This document shows, piece after piece, positions 48,781-58,084 of a stretch of DNA of 62,651 bases (its first letter is position 1; every line of letters begins with the position of its first letter). The notes beneath the pieces are model-generated. The model did not search any database, was not told the origin of the DNA, and saw only the letters and a list, made by a program, of their open reading frames with translations. Source of the stretch: a virus (taxonomy: Duplodnaviria; Caudoviricetes); IMG/VR virus record IMGVR_UViG_3300031999_000017, positions 1-62,651 of that record. One strand, given 5' to 3'. Made by a program: the position numbers and the translations under genes.

Positions 48781-49200
48781 ATGCCACTACAAGTAACAAC
48801 AACACCATTTACCGGAGGCGTAACTTCTTTTACTAATGTAGGAGCAAGAGGCGTTGCTAATTATTTATATTGGCTATGCGGTAAATTTCAAATAGAAGGA
48901 CAATATATAATAATGGGAGTTGGAGGTGGTACTGTACTTCCTATAAATCCAACCACGTTCCCTAATCCAATAGAATTTGAGGTAACTGGAACATCATATA
49001 TGATAAACGGACAAAGCACTAAAACAATAACAGAATTTAAAAATTATAATTTATTGTTTGTTAGAAATAATGTTCCTCAATCAATAATAAATATGGGAGG
49101 CGGATCATCTTATTTTTCTTGGAATAAAATAACAGGAGTATTTACTTGTTATCCTGCGGCAGTAAGTGGAGAGTTATTCCAATTATACCCTTTTATTTAA
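48781..49200 (+). CDS. Putative tail structural protein
   Basis: In the fibre cluster; GGG hinge. Confidence 0.55.
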   Translation: MPLQVTTTPFTGGVTSFTNVGARGVANYLYWLCGKFQIEGQYIIMGVGGGTVLPINPTTFPNPIEFEVTGTSYMINGQSTKTITEFKNYNLLFVRNNVPQSIINMGGGSSYFSWNKITGVFTCYPAAVSGELFQLYPFI

Positions 49201-49205
49201 TTTAT

Positions 49206-52175
49206 ATGAAAAAAGTAGTTTTAGTTTTGATTTTGATTTTTGGATTATTGACTGGGTACTCCCAACAGTACCCGGTCAATCAATTCATTGGAGCGCCTAA
49301 TACATTGGTAACTTCTAAAGGAGCATTTAAAACAGATAGTGCATTAATACTTCCTGTATTTACTGATACTTCAAAAGCCAACATTTCCCCATATATAAAA
49401 AACTATGCAGGAACTTTAATCAGAGTTGGCGATAGTTTATATGTTAGAAGCAATGATATTAGTAAATGGTTATTGCTTGGAAGCGGTGGTGGTGGTGGAT
49501 TAGATTCCATTACTGCTAATAATGGATTGACTGCAAATACAACAAGTAATGTACAATTAGGTGGTACATTAATTCAACCAACTTCCATATTAACAAATGC
49601 TAATGAATTTACTATTGAAAGAGGAGCAAATGGCAACACATTGCAAGTAGTAAACTCAAGCACAGGAGTTAGTAATGATAAAACAGCTTTATACGCAACT
49701 AGTACGGATGGAAATGCTGGGGAGTTCTTAGCAGGAAATACATTAATTGCAAATAATGCTGTACAGGGAGTAGTAAAAATAACAAGAACTACAAGCCTTC
49801 CGCCTTCCCCTAACTATAATGAAATAGGCGGAGCTATTGATTTTATTAATCCAACTGTCAATGGTCTTTTTTCTCCAGCTATTGCATACACAAACAGAAT
49901 AGCATCAAGATGGGAAAACTCGGTTTCAGATCCAATAAATAGCTCTTATGCAAAATCTAGGTTTGAATTATACGGATATAAAAACGGTGCAATAAGAAAC
50001 TTAGCGATGGTAGGTGATGGTAGATTAATTTTAGACCAATATGGTGCAGGTTTGTTTGAAGGAACACCTGTGTATAAATTAGGAGTTGATGCAAGTGGAA
50101 ACGTAATAGAAGATACAACAAGTAGTGGCGGTGGTGGTACTGTTACATCAGTTGCTACTGGATATGGTTTGTCTGGGGGAACTATTACTAATACAGGTAC
50201 ATTGATTGCTGATACAAGTGTAAGCGGTTTGTCTGGGAAGTATTTGCGATTAACTGATACGGCTACTATGCTTACTCCATACACACGAGGTTCTGGACTA
50301 GCTACAAGGGTTGCATTTTGGGGTGGTTCTCGTTCATTAACGTATACATCTAATATAGCAATAGATGCTAGTAACCCAGCATTTCCAGCATTACAAGTTA
50401 GTGATGGTACAGCGCAAAGGTCTTTTTTAACTCCAACCTCTAGCGGCACTCAAAATACTGCTAATGATTATGCTATTACAACTACAAGCGGCTCTACTCC
50501 GTTTTTTAATGCTCATAATGGAACTACTAATAGAGAGAGTAGGCTTTATCCTACAAAAATTCAGTTTACAAACTTATCTACTAGTGGATTCGTTAATCTA
50601 AATAGTCCAATATCTTATAATAATACAAATGATACTTTGCCAAATGCCTCTGGAGTATTAGCAATATCAGTAAACAATGTAAAAGCAGATAGTTCTGGTA
50701 ATATTACATTAACAACAGGTGGCACAGGAACAGTTACAAGTATTACTCAAGGATATGGAATTACTAATTCCCCTAACCCAATAGTATCAACAGGTACAGT
50801 AACAGTAGATACTAGTACAGGTGGATTGTCTGGGAAGTACTTGCGATTAACAGATAGTAGCTCTATGCTTAGTCCATATCTCAGAAAGATAGACACTACT
50901 AATAGATTTGTTAACAATATTTCCCGAACACTAGGAAAAGATTCAATAATATTTAATATTGGTTCTACAAGATATGCGATAAAGGATAGTGTGGGAACTA
51001 ATCCAGCTCCTGTAGGTTATTATGGGGCGTTCTCTGATACTTTAAATCAATTAGCAACTGTAATTAATACAGGCTATCCTATGGAATTTAAAGTAAATGA
51101 TATTACGCCAAATGGTGTTACAATCGCAAGTAATTCAAGAATTACATTTGCAAATTCAGGCATTTATAATTTACAATGGTCTGCTCAATTTACATCAAGC
51201 GATAATGCTGAAGCTGATGTTTCTATTTGGTTGCGTAAAAATGGGACAGATGTTGCAGGTAGTAGGGGATTAGTCGCAGTACCAAAAAAAATAGGTTCAA
51301 CTAATGGTCATGCTTTACCGTCATGGAATTTTGTGTTAAATGTAGCATCGGGGGAATATTATGAATTTGTATGGAGTACCGCAAATTTAAATGTCTTTAT
51401 TGAAGCATTGCCTATAACTGCATTTTCTCCATCAACGGCATCAGCAATTCTAACTGTTACTCAACAAAGTGGGATAATGGCAGGTACAGGCATTACTGCT
51501 ATAAATTCCCTTACAGGAGCAGCACAGACAATAGTTGCAGGCACAAGTGGGACTGATTTTGCAGTATCTTCTACAGGAACTACACATACCTTAAATCTCC
51601 CAGATGCATCTGCATCTAACAGAGGTGCATTAACATCAGCTAATTGGACTACATTCAATAATAAAATAGGAGCATCAGATACCTCTGTATTTCAAAGAAA
51701 AAACATTGCTGCTTATTCGTTTCAAGCTAACAATACAGCATCGTCAGCTAATGTAACTACTCAGACTTTTACAGATGTTGCAGAACAGAGTATGGCTAAT
51801 ACAATATCATTTACAGCGGGAGCTGCCCCAACGGGATTAACATCAGCAAACTACTCATGGACACAGGTGGGTAAAACAGTAACTGTAAACTTCAATGCTA
51901 TATATACTACACCCGGGACAACTATTAGTTCATTATTTTTTAATTTACCATCTGATTTACCTGCTCCATTAGTGCCTACGGGTTGGAGTGGCGCAAGTGC
52001 ATATCTTTATAATGGCTCGGCAGCAGTATTCACAACATCTATCTTACAAAATAATATTTTAGCTACATCATTTATTAGAAGAAATGCAGCGAATACAGCG
52101 TATGAATTAGGATATAATGGTGCATCTGCAACAGCAAGAGGATTTAAGTTTACCTTAATTTACAAAGCACAATAA
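49206..52175 (+). CDS. Tail fibre / adhesin-like protein with N-terminal Sec signal peptide
   Basis: MKKVVLVLILIFGLLTGYS-Q; GTVTS repeats; GIYNLQWSAQF beta-sandwich; YSWTQVGKTV tip. Confidence 0.7.
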   Translation: MKKVVLVLILIFGLLTGYSQQYPVNQFIGAPNTLVTSKGAFKTDSALILPVFTDTSKANISPYIKNYAGTLIRVGDSLYVRSNDISKWLLLGSGGGGGLDSITANNGLTANTTSNVQLGGTLIQPTSILTNANEFTIERGANGNTLQVVNSSTGVSNDKTALYATSTDGNAGEFLAGNTLIANNAVQGVVKITRTTSLPPSPNYNEIGGAIDFINPTVNGLFSPAIAYTNRIASRWENSVSDPINSSYAKSRFELYGYKNGAIRNLAMVGDGRLILDQYGAGLFEGTPVYKLGVDASGNVIEDTTSSGGGGTVTSVATGYGLSGGTITNTGTLIADTSVSGLSGKYLRLTDTATMLTPYTRGSGLATRVAFWGGSRSLTYTSNIAIDASNPAFPALQVSDGTAQRSFLTPTSSGTQNTANDYAITTTSGSTPFFNAHNGTTNRESRLYPTKIQFTNLSTSGFVNLNSPISYNNTNDTLPNASGVLAISVNNVKADSSGNITLTTGGTGTVTSITQGYGITNSPNPIVSTGTVTVDTSTGGLSGKYLRLTDSSSMLSPYLRKIDTTNRFVNNISRTLGKDSIIFNIGSTRYAIKDSVGTNPAPVGYYGAFSDTLNQLATVINTGYPMEFKVNDITPNGVTIASNSRITFANSGIYNLQWSAQFTSSDNAEADVSIWLRKNGTDVAGSRGLVAVPKKIGSTNGHALPSWNFVLNVASGEYYEFVWSTANLNVFIEALPITAFSPSTASAILTVTQQSGIMAGTGITAINSLTGAAQTIVAGTSGTDFAVSSTGTTHTLNLPDASASNRGALTSANWTTFNNKIGASDTSVFQRKNIAAYSFQANNTASSANVTTQTFTDVAEQSMANTISFTAGAAPTGLTSANYSWTQVGKTVTVNFNAIYTTPGTTISSLFFNLPSDLPAPLVPTGWSGASAYLYNGSAAVFTTSILQNNILATSFIRRNAANTAYELGYNGASATARGFKFTLIYKAQ

Positions 52176-52351
52176 TGAAACACATCAGACAGATTAGTAG
52201 TGTAGAGACAAATACCTATACGGTTGTGAAAACTGAAGATTGGAATCAGCCACTTGAGCAGCATCCATCTGTAGTTGAACATCCAGAATTATTTGAAGTA
52301 TCTGAACAAGAATTGCCATCTTATATTCAGTATGTAATTTATCAATCGTAA
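52175..52351 (+). CDS. Small protein after the fibre, possible fibre assembly factor (58 aa)
   Basis: TAATG coupling to the fibre stop; translated by hand. Confidence 0.6.
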   Translation: MKHIRQISSVETNTYTVVKTEDWNQPLEQHPSVVEHPELFEVSEQELPSYIQYVIYQS

Positions 52352-52423
52352 TTAATAGTAGTCATTACATTACGCAACCATTGAGCTTTTATCCACCATT
52401 GGCTTCAATATTCAATTTCAATA

Positions 52424-52431
52424 TATCTTTG
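52424..52431 (+). promoter_or_regulatory. -7 element TATCTTTG upstream of the lysis cassette
   Basis: Exact TAnnTTTG in the intergenic region. Confidence 0.5.
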
Positions 52432-52489
52432 TGTTGGTAAGGCATAGTATTTGTTACAATTATAGCAGATCCTATTTAAAAACCTATAT

Positions 52490-52672
52490 ATGAAAACACT
52501 ATATTCAGATGCAATAGATTGGGTAAGTATAAAATTAAATGCAATTTGCCTAGTTGGATTTTTTACTGGTTCAAGTGCAATAGCCACATTAACAATAATA
52601 GCTACCCTTACCACTATAGCTTATAACTCAATAAGAATTTATAAAGAAATTAAAAACCCAAAAAAATACTAA
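52490..52672 (+). CDS. Holin/antiholin-like membrane protein
   Basis: Hydrophobic core and basic C-terminus; in the lysis cluster. Confidence 0.6.
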   Translation: MKTLYSDAIDWVSIKLNAICLVGFFTGSSAIATLTIIATLTTIAYNSIRIYKEIKNPKKY

Positions 52673-52673
52673 C

Positions 52674-52928
52674 ATGAAATCATCTTTTTTTACATTAAAT
52701 TCAAAGGACTTTACTAGAGGCCTATTTATTGCGGTACTATCTGCTGTAGTTACGTTTTTATACACTTGCATCCAAGCTGGTAATTTTGTTATTGATTGGA
52801 GTGCAATTGGTATGGCAGCTCTCTCGGCTGCATTGGCTTACATTACTAAAAACCTTTTAACCAATTCTAATGATGAATTGCTGAAAAAGGAGGTGTCTGC
52901 CAGCAGTTCAGAAAATCCAAATACATAA
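52674..52928 (+). CDS. Holin (2 TM)
   Basis: KDFTRGLFIAVLSAV..IDW..IG..ALSAALAYITKNLLTN. Confidence 0.75.
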   Translation: MKSSFFTLNSKDFTRGLFIAVLSAVVTFLYTCIQAGNFVIDWSAIGMAALSAALAYITKNLLTNSNDELLKKEVSASSSENPNT

Positions 52929-52930
52929 TA

Positions 52931-53527
52931 ATGAAATCAAATAGTCTGGTTTGCGCTTTTTTAATAGTTGTATTATCCATATCCTACTCTTGCAACATTC
53001 AAAAGAGGGTTGAAAAACAACAGAAAATATTTGATAATATTGGACGCAAGTGGTTGAAATCACACCCTTGCGCCAATGATAGTTTTACTATCTATGTCCC
53101 CGGAAAGAGAGATTCCATACCCATTGAAATTCCAATAATAATTATTGATAGCAATTATACGAAAAAACAGTTGGACAGCTTGCGTATTGAAATGCAGAAA
53201 ATATATTCAACTCCAACAGAAATATGCACTGAAGAAATGGCTAGAGCGTATAAGCTCGGATACAATACCGCAGAGAAAAAATGGAAAGATAAACTCGGTC
53301 AAATAAAAGTTGCCGTTCCTGTAGTTGATACGCTAAAAATAACACTTAAAGATAAGCAGGCGATACAACTGCTTCAAGATGATTTAGCTACCAGTAAAGA
53401 AAATATAAACAGATTAACCATAGATGGAATGAATTGCGCAAGCAAGAAGGATAAATGGTGGTTGTGGTTTGTAATAACCTTTATTTTGTTGAGTGGTAGC
53501 CTTTACTTTAATCTGAAAAAATTATAA
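52931..53527 (+). CDS. Unimolecular spanin-like lipoprotein
   Basis: Lipoprotein signal ending ISYS-C plus C-terminal TM WWLWFVITFILLSGSLYF. Confidence 0.65.
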   Translation: MKSNSLVCAFLIVVLSISYSCNIQKRVEKQQKIFDNIGRKWLKSHPCANDSFTIYVPGKRDSIPIEIPIIIIDSNYTKKQLDSLRIEMQKIYSTPTEICTEEMARAYKLGYNTAEKKWKDKLGQIKVAVPVVDTLKITLKDKQAIQLLQDDLATSKENINRLTIDGMNCASKKDKWWLWFVITFILLSGSLYFNLKKL

Positions 53528-53530
53528 GCT

Positions 53531-53980
53531 ATGGCTTTAGGAAAAGATGCTTTAAAAGTTGCAGCCACACAAGTCGGCAAGTGCGAGAATCCGCTCGGCT
53601 CTAACTGGGGCACGCCAGTAAAAGACTATTTAGCTTCGGTGTGTATAGGTTTCCCTGCTTCTTGGTGTATGGCTTTTGTATATTGGTGCTTTGAACAAGC
53701 GAAAAAGGAAGGGCAGAATCCGCTGATTAAAACTGGAGGCGTATTGATGGCTTGGAATAAAGCTGACAAGAAATATAAGGTAACAGAGTGTCAAGCAGGA
53801 GATATATTTATAATGGACTTCGGTAAGGGGCTTGGACATACCGGCATAGTTGAAAAAGTAGATGAAAATTTCATATACACAATAGAAGGGAATACTAATG
53901 ATAGCGGCAGCAGGGAGGGTATAATGGTTTGCCGAAAGCAAAGACTGAAGAAGAAGATAAAAGGGTATTTAAGATATTAG
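53531..53980 (+). CDS. CHAP-domain endolysin
   Basis: SWCMAFVYW, GHTGIV, TIEGNTN. Confidence 0.9.
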   Translation: MALGKDALKVAATQVGKCENPLGSNWGTPVKDYLASVCIGFPASWCMAFVYWCFEQAKKEGQNPLIKTGGVLMAWNKADKKYKVTECQAGDIFIMDFGKGLGHTGIVEKVDENFIYTIEGNTNDSGSREGIMVCRKQRLKKKIKGYLRY

Positions 53981-54005
53981 TTTATGGCTTTAGTTTTAGG
54001 ATAAG

Positions 54006-54038
54006 AAAAAAACCCCCATGTTTCTACATGAGGGTTTT
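54006..54038. terminator. Terminator between the convergent late and right-arm operons
   Basis: AAAACCC.CATGT-TTCT-ACATG.GGGTTTT. Confidence 0.7.
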
Positions 54039-54043
54039 AAATT

Positions 54044-54130
54044 TTAATTATCTAATTTTTTTTGTAGATAGGTCGCGATAACTATTAGTACAAAACAAAC
54101 AATTATCATTATTACTGGGTATCTGCGCAT
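54044..54130 (-). CDS. Micro membrane peptide (28 aa)
   Basis: MRRYPVIMIIVCFVLIVIATYLQKKLDN. Confidence 0.4.
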   Translation of the reverse strand: MRRYPVIMIIVCFVLIVIATYLQKKLDN

Positions 54131-54144
54131 AGTAGGTAGTTTAA

Positions 54145-54345
54145 TTAATAATCTATTTGATTCATGCTATTGGACACAAACTTCAACTTGGTCTTAGTAA
54201 AGCTATCCCATAGCGACATGATCCTTTGAGCATTATTAATTCCTTCGCGAGATTGATACAGCCTTGATACATTAAATTGCTTGCACCATTCATTGTAGTT
54301 AGGGCGGTCGGTTGGATAAATAGTTTTTACATTTAGATTTTGCAT
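54145..54345 (-). CDS. Hypothetical protein
   Basis: TIYP..RPNYNEWCK.F.V. Confidence 0.65.
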   Translation of the reverse strand: MQNLNVKTIYPTDRPNYNEWCKQFNVSRLYQSREGINNAQRIMSLWDSFTKTKLKFVSNSMNQIDY

Positions 54346-54371
54346 ATCAGTATATTTAATGGTTAATGAAA

Positions 54372-54677
54372 TTATATTACTACATTTATTTCACTGGGTG
54401 GTGGCGGTAGTTCATCACCAACTATTCTTTCAGCTATTTCTTTCAAGCTATAATAGTCATAAATATCATAGATATAAAGTCGCGCTAGTTGCTCTTCATC
54501 TAAATAAAACCGCTCAATATCTGGGTTGCCAAAGTAATTATAGAAAACAAAATCATGGAGATTCTGAAATACAATAGCTTCGCCATCCTTTATAAATACA
54601 TGAATAGCATTACCATTATTATCGTGGCGTACTTCGTAAAGTTCGTCCGCTTTTCTAAGATGTTCGTTGTGTGTCAT
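54372..54677 (-). CDS. Hypothetical protein
   Basis: In the leftward operon. Confidence 0.65.
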   Translation of the reverse strand: MTHNEHLRKADELYEVRHDNNGNAIHVFIKDGEAIVFQNLHDFVFYNYFGNPDIERFYLDEEQLARLYIYDIYDYYSLKEIAERIVGDELPPPPSEINVVI

Positions 54678-54687
54678 AAAATAAAAT

Positions 54688-54882
54688 TTATTGGTTATTT
54701 AATATGGTTTTTATGTAGGTCGCATCATCATCAGATACCTCCGGCTCAAAAACAAAAGTATCTCCTATTTTAAATACGACACTTTCCATGCACATTACAA
54801 GCTGCTTGTCGGCTGTCTTAGTTATTATAACTTCCCAAGCATCATCAGCAGTTCTTTCAATTAATATTATTACGGTTATCAT
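54688..54882 (-). CDS. Hypothetical protein
   Basis: In the leftward operon; AACCTTTAAA leader. Confidence 0.6.
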   Translation of the reverse strand: MITVIILIERTADDAWEVIITKTADKQLVMCMESVVFKIGDTFVFEPEVSDDDATYIKTILNNQ

Positions 54883-54899
54883 GTTAATTAATTTAAAGG

Positions 54900-55304
54900 T
54901 TATCCAAATATCACTTCTCCAATAAACACCGATTGCAGTATTACATCAGCGCTCACAGCATCATCATTGCCGTTTACCATATCCAGTAGATGATTTGCAG
55001 GCGCTTCTTGTACTTTCTTGTGGACATCATCCAATGTAATTGTCCATCTATCTTCGCCGCCTTCTTCATCCAGTAGAGTAAGCTTGTTGCCATCCTTCAG
55101 CACCTGCATCAAAACATCTTCATAGCAAACCACACCTATCTTTGCTGCTGTTGCTTCTTTAAATATGTTTTCTTTGGCTGCCTTATAATCTTTGTCGTTC
55201 ACATCTAACGTCAAGCCATAGCCGCTACAAATGTAATCAAGACCATTGCATAAAGCATTGTGGAAGTATTCTTCGGATTCCGCCGCTGTTAAGATCAGTT
55301 TCAT
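54900..55304 (-). CDS. Hypothetical protein
   Basis: Ends DAVSADVILQ..FIGEVIFG, a pattern recalled from phage early proteins. Confidence 0.7.
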   Translation of the reverse strand: MKLILTAAESEEYFHNALCNGLDYICSGYGLTLDVNDKDYKAAKENIFKEATAAKIGVVCYEDVLMQVLKDGNKLTLLDEEGGEDRWTITLDDVHKKVQEAPANHLLDMVNGNDDAVSADVILQSVFIGEVIFG

Positions 55305-55314
55305 AAAATAAAAT

Positions 55315-55689
55315 TTAGAGGTTATTAATTAAATTCGGTGTTTCCCATTCAGTCCAGTAGATTACATCATCATGATACGCTGATTGAATGTCCTCGTATT
55401 CTTGAGAAATACACCAAGCGAGCGCGTCCTTTTCATATTTAAAATAATGCTCCCCATCATTTGCTACCCAACCTTCCACCATCTCTTCGCCAGTAATGGA
55501 ACACACTCTTACTCCATCGTCCTCCGATTCAACGATGATAGTTTCTCCTACAACATTGCATTGCTCCATCTCCTTCTGATAAACAGCATCACCAAGCTCT
55601 TTAAATTTAACCTTAGCATCTTCGCTATCTTCAGCCTCAACTACAACTTCAGTTACATAAGTCCTACTCATGATAATTTTGTGTTTCAT
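55315..55689 (-). CDS. Acidic protein with DpnD/PcfM-like N-terminus
   Basis: VTEVVVEAEDSEDA. Confidence 0.6.
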   Translation of the reverse strand: MKHKIIMSRTYVTEVVVEAEDSEDAKVKFKELGDAVYQKEMEQCNVVGETIIVESEDDGVRVCSITGEEMVEGWVANDGEHYFKYEKDALAWCISQEYEDIQSAYHDDVIYWTEWETPNLINNL

Positions 55690-55721
55690 AATAATAGATT
55701 TAAAGGTTAAGAAATATTGTG

Positions 55722-55755
55722 CAAAGCTAACATAGTATTTTAATTACGCATCAAG
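55722..55755 (-). promoter_or_regulatory. Bacteroidota promoter with a TGCGTAA site in the spacer
   Basis: TAGCTTTG at 55729-55722; TTACGCA at 55744-55750. Confidence 0.6.
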
Positions 55756-55793
55756 CACAAAGCTATTTGCAATTAATTTAACATGCTTACTGG

Positions 55794-56003
55794 TTATTGA
55801 ATACGAAACACTTTTACTTTGTTGCCTATTATTCTAGTAGCGTACTTAAAAGACGATTGCTGTCGCTTTATCATCTCCGATAAGTGTTTACGGAATATCG
55901 GCAATTTTTCTACATCAATGTCCAATATCATATCTTCTTTAAGCCCTAGCGTATCAAAAACTATTTTAGCAATTTGGTAGGTATTCGTTGTATTTTGTGC
56001 CAT
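55794..56003 (-). CDS. Small basic putative DNA-binding regulator
   Basis: C-terminal FKYATR...VKVFR hairpin; has its own promoter. Confidence 0.55.
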   Translation of the reverse strand: MAQNTTNTYQIAKIVFDTLGLKEDMILDIDVEKLPIFRKHLSEMIKRQQSSFKYATRIIGNKVKVFRIQ

Positions 56004-56007
56004 ATTG

Positions 56008-56039
56008 CAAAGATAGTATTTTGCTTACGCATTGCGTAA
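56008..56039 (-). promoter_or_regulatory. Promoter TATCTTTG with palindromic operator TTACGCA-T-TGCGTAA
   Basis: Perfect 15-bp palindrome at 56025-56039; -7 box ends 4 nt before the ATG. Confidence 0.7.
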
Positions 56040-56843
56040 TTATTTGATAATAGGATTATCTATGTACTTCTTAATTAAACCTGCTTGCTCATAATTCTCC
56101 GCTTCAACAGCAAGTTCAAGCAGCCTATTCAATACATTAGCAGGGTAATCATTGTAAATAGTTCCCTTCTCATGAGCTAACTTAATACAAGTAGCAGTAT
56201 AGGTATCATCAATGTCATTATTTTCATCAATGTCCAGTAAATCATCAGTATAATACCTATCACTACCATCAATATCAATGGCTAATCTATAAGCCGCTTC
56301 GCTGCAATCAGCAGGCTGATATATGTACGTTGCTTTGCCGCCCAGTAGTTTGTATTCGCCTACATTCGCGCCGAAATCTTCATCAAAATATCTTACAAAT
56401 ATTTCAACTTCGGGATGAAGTTTGCTAAGTACCGCCATGGCTGCAATGGGTGTTGACCATGCAGATAAAAATTCAAAAGCATAATCATCCACTTTGTACA
56501 CATCATAAGCGCCCCATTTAGTGCCCCAATTATTGCAGCACCAGTCATACCAATTATTAGCGCCATACTTTTTAATCAGCTCATTTGACTTTCTTTCAGT
56601 CATAGGCTTGCGCATCAGATCCCATTCAGTTAGCTTGTTTTCCCTTTTCTTCCTGTTCCATTCTTTTACTTCTTCATTAGAAACAATTACAGCAGGGCTG
56701 TTGGTGTTTCTTAGCGCATTTGGTATAGGATAGTAGGCATCAATTTCAAATTCATATTTAGCGCCCTTTACGCTATCTAGTAGCTCTTTTACTTTGCTTT
56801 CTTTTCCATTAAAGCTTAAATGGTTTGTTACATGATTAGGCAT
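56040..56843 (-). CDS. DUF1281/YubB-like ferredoxin-fold protein with C-terminal UVR motif
   Basis: MPNHVTN..WYDWCCNNWGTKW..F.SAWSTP; LELAVEAENYEQAGLIK. Confidence 0.75.
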   Translation of the reverse strand: MPNHVTNHLSFNGKESKVKELLDSVKGAKYEFEIDAYYPIPNALRNTNSPAVIVSNEEVKEWNRKKRENKLTEWDLMRKPMTERKSNELIKKYGANNWYDWCCNNWGTKWGAYDVYKVDDYAFEFLSAWSTPIAAMAVLSKLHPEVEIFVRYFDEDFGANVGEYKLLGGKATYIYQPADCSEAAYRLAIDIDGSDRYYTDDLLDIDENNDIDDTYTATCIKLAHEKGTIYNDYPANVLNRLLELAVEAENYEQAGLIKKYIDNPIIK

Positions 56844-56870
56844 AAGTTTTAAATTTAATTGTTATCAAAA

Positions 56871-57380
56871 TCAAGCAGTAAAAACATGTTTTATTGAGTG
56901 CTTTTCTTTAAGTAGTTCTATTGCTTCATTAAAACTAAGTTGCGCATCTAGTAAAAGCTGTCTTGTCATTTGCTCCTTCATTCCAAGTAGCTCAATGATA
57001 GTTTGCATAGTTTCGCCATCAATTTTTGCATTTTGCAAAATAGCGCAAGCAGTTTCAATGTTGCCCTTTTTTCTTGGGTAATCTATCTCAATTAACTTAC
57101 TGCATTTTTCAAGAAAATACCAATCAAGACAAGTGCTATGAGATACATGAAAATATCCCCATCTATTGTCTTTGCCGCTTTGCTCATATTTAATAGCTTC
57201 TTGGTATTCTTCTGAATCAATACACTGCTGATAAACCATAGTAATTAAATAGTCAGATACGCCAAGCATACCGCCCAATTCATCAGCGTATTCAGTTATC
57301 AATCTATTATAGTTTTCGCCCGATAATAATGCTATTAGCAGTTCGTAGTCTGCTTTTGTTCTTACTTCTTCGTGTGTCAT
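56871..57380 (-). CDS. Hypothetical protein
   Basis: Start moved to the ATG at 57380 (MTHEEV) to remove the overlap with 57385..57597. Confidence 0.65.
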   Translation of the reverse strand: MTHEEVRTKADYELLIALLSGENYNRLITEYADELGGMLGVSDYLITMVYQQCIDSEEYQEAIKYEQSGKDNRWGYFHVSHSTCLDWYFLEKCSKLIEIDYPRKKGNIETACAILQNAKIDGETMQTIIELLGMKEQMTRQLLLDAQLSFNEAIELLKEKHSIKHVFTA

Positions 57381-57384
57381 AATT

Positions 57385-57597
57385 TTAGGATTTAGGTTCG
57401 TTATAAATTTTGTTACATTCTTCGCATCCGACATGGTTAACTTGCTCAATCTTTGCCCAATTACTTGACAGCATGGGCACGCCACATAATGTACGCCCAG
57501 TGAAATCTCCTGCCTTAGCAATGTGGCACTTGTCATTCCATACGTTACCTTTGTTTCCAAAGATATAATAACTTGTTTTTAGTTGTTCGGTAGTCAT
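57385..57597 (-). CDS. Small zinc-binding protein
   Basis: HIA..TLCG..GCEEC. Confidence 0.7.
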   Translation of the reverse strand: MTTEQLKTSYYIFGNKGNVWNDKCHIAKAGDFTGRTLCGVPMLSSNWAKIEQVNHVGCEECNKIYNEPKS

Positions 57598-57618
57598 AGC
57601 TTTAAGTTTTAATGGTTA

Positions 57619-57855
57619 TTAATAGCTTTTAAATTCGCCCAGTGTATTTTTTTCAAAGTGATGTTTAAGGTAATCAACAATACATTCATACAGCCCTTTA
57701 TCATCCGTATTAAACTCACTTAATTCAAAGTGATGGTAATAAGCGGGCAACACATCAAATTGCACATCATAGGGCTGTAAATTGAAATTCTTGTCGTACA
57801 ATTTCACTAAGCAACTGAATAAATAAATATCATAATTAGATGGGACACTGCTCAT
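57619..57855 (-). CDS. Hypothetical protein
   Basis: In the leftward operon. Confidence 0.65.
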   Translation of the reverse strand: MSSVPSNYDIYLFSCLVKLYDKNFNLQPYDVQFDVLPAYYHHFELSEFNTDDKGLYECIVDYLKHHFEKNTLGEFKSY

Positions 57856-57866
57856 ATTTTTAAGTT

Positions 57867-58073
57867 TTAATGATTAATAAATAATTTTACCGGTATCAAA
57901 TTAAATTCTTCTTCGCTTTCGGGCTCATTGCCATCAGCTTCCCTTTCTTCATTATATGCCTTTAACCAACGCTCAAATTCGGCTTTGCTTTTTACCAAAC
58001 ATTCATACGTTTTATTTTGTCCATTTCCGTAGCGGTCATTGTATTGCACAATGAAATAGTTTTTTGTTTCCAT
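57867..58073 (-). CDS. Hypothetical protein
   Basis: In the leftward operon. Confidence 0.65.
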   Translation of the reverse strand: METKNYFIVQYNDRYGNGQNKTYECLVKSKAEFERWLKAYNEEREADGNEPESEEEFNLIPVKLFINH

Positions 58074-58084
58074 AATTTTAAATT

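Noticed and set aside
49146-49205. TTG start extension of the fibre gene
   Set aside because: Overlaps the upstream gene; the ATG at 49206 follows its stop and begins a clean signal peptide
49206-52175. Diversity-generating retroelement or invertible tail-fibre switch
   Set aside because: No reverse transcriptase, template repeat or site-specific recombinase in the window
9241-53980. Stop-codon reassignment
   Set aside because: Genes are full length and tightly packed under the standard code; no suppressor tRNA seen
56871-57560. 229-aa version of this ORF overlapping 57385..57597
   Set aside because: The ATG at 57380 follows the upstream stop and removes the overlap
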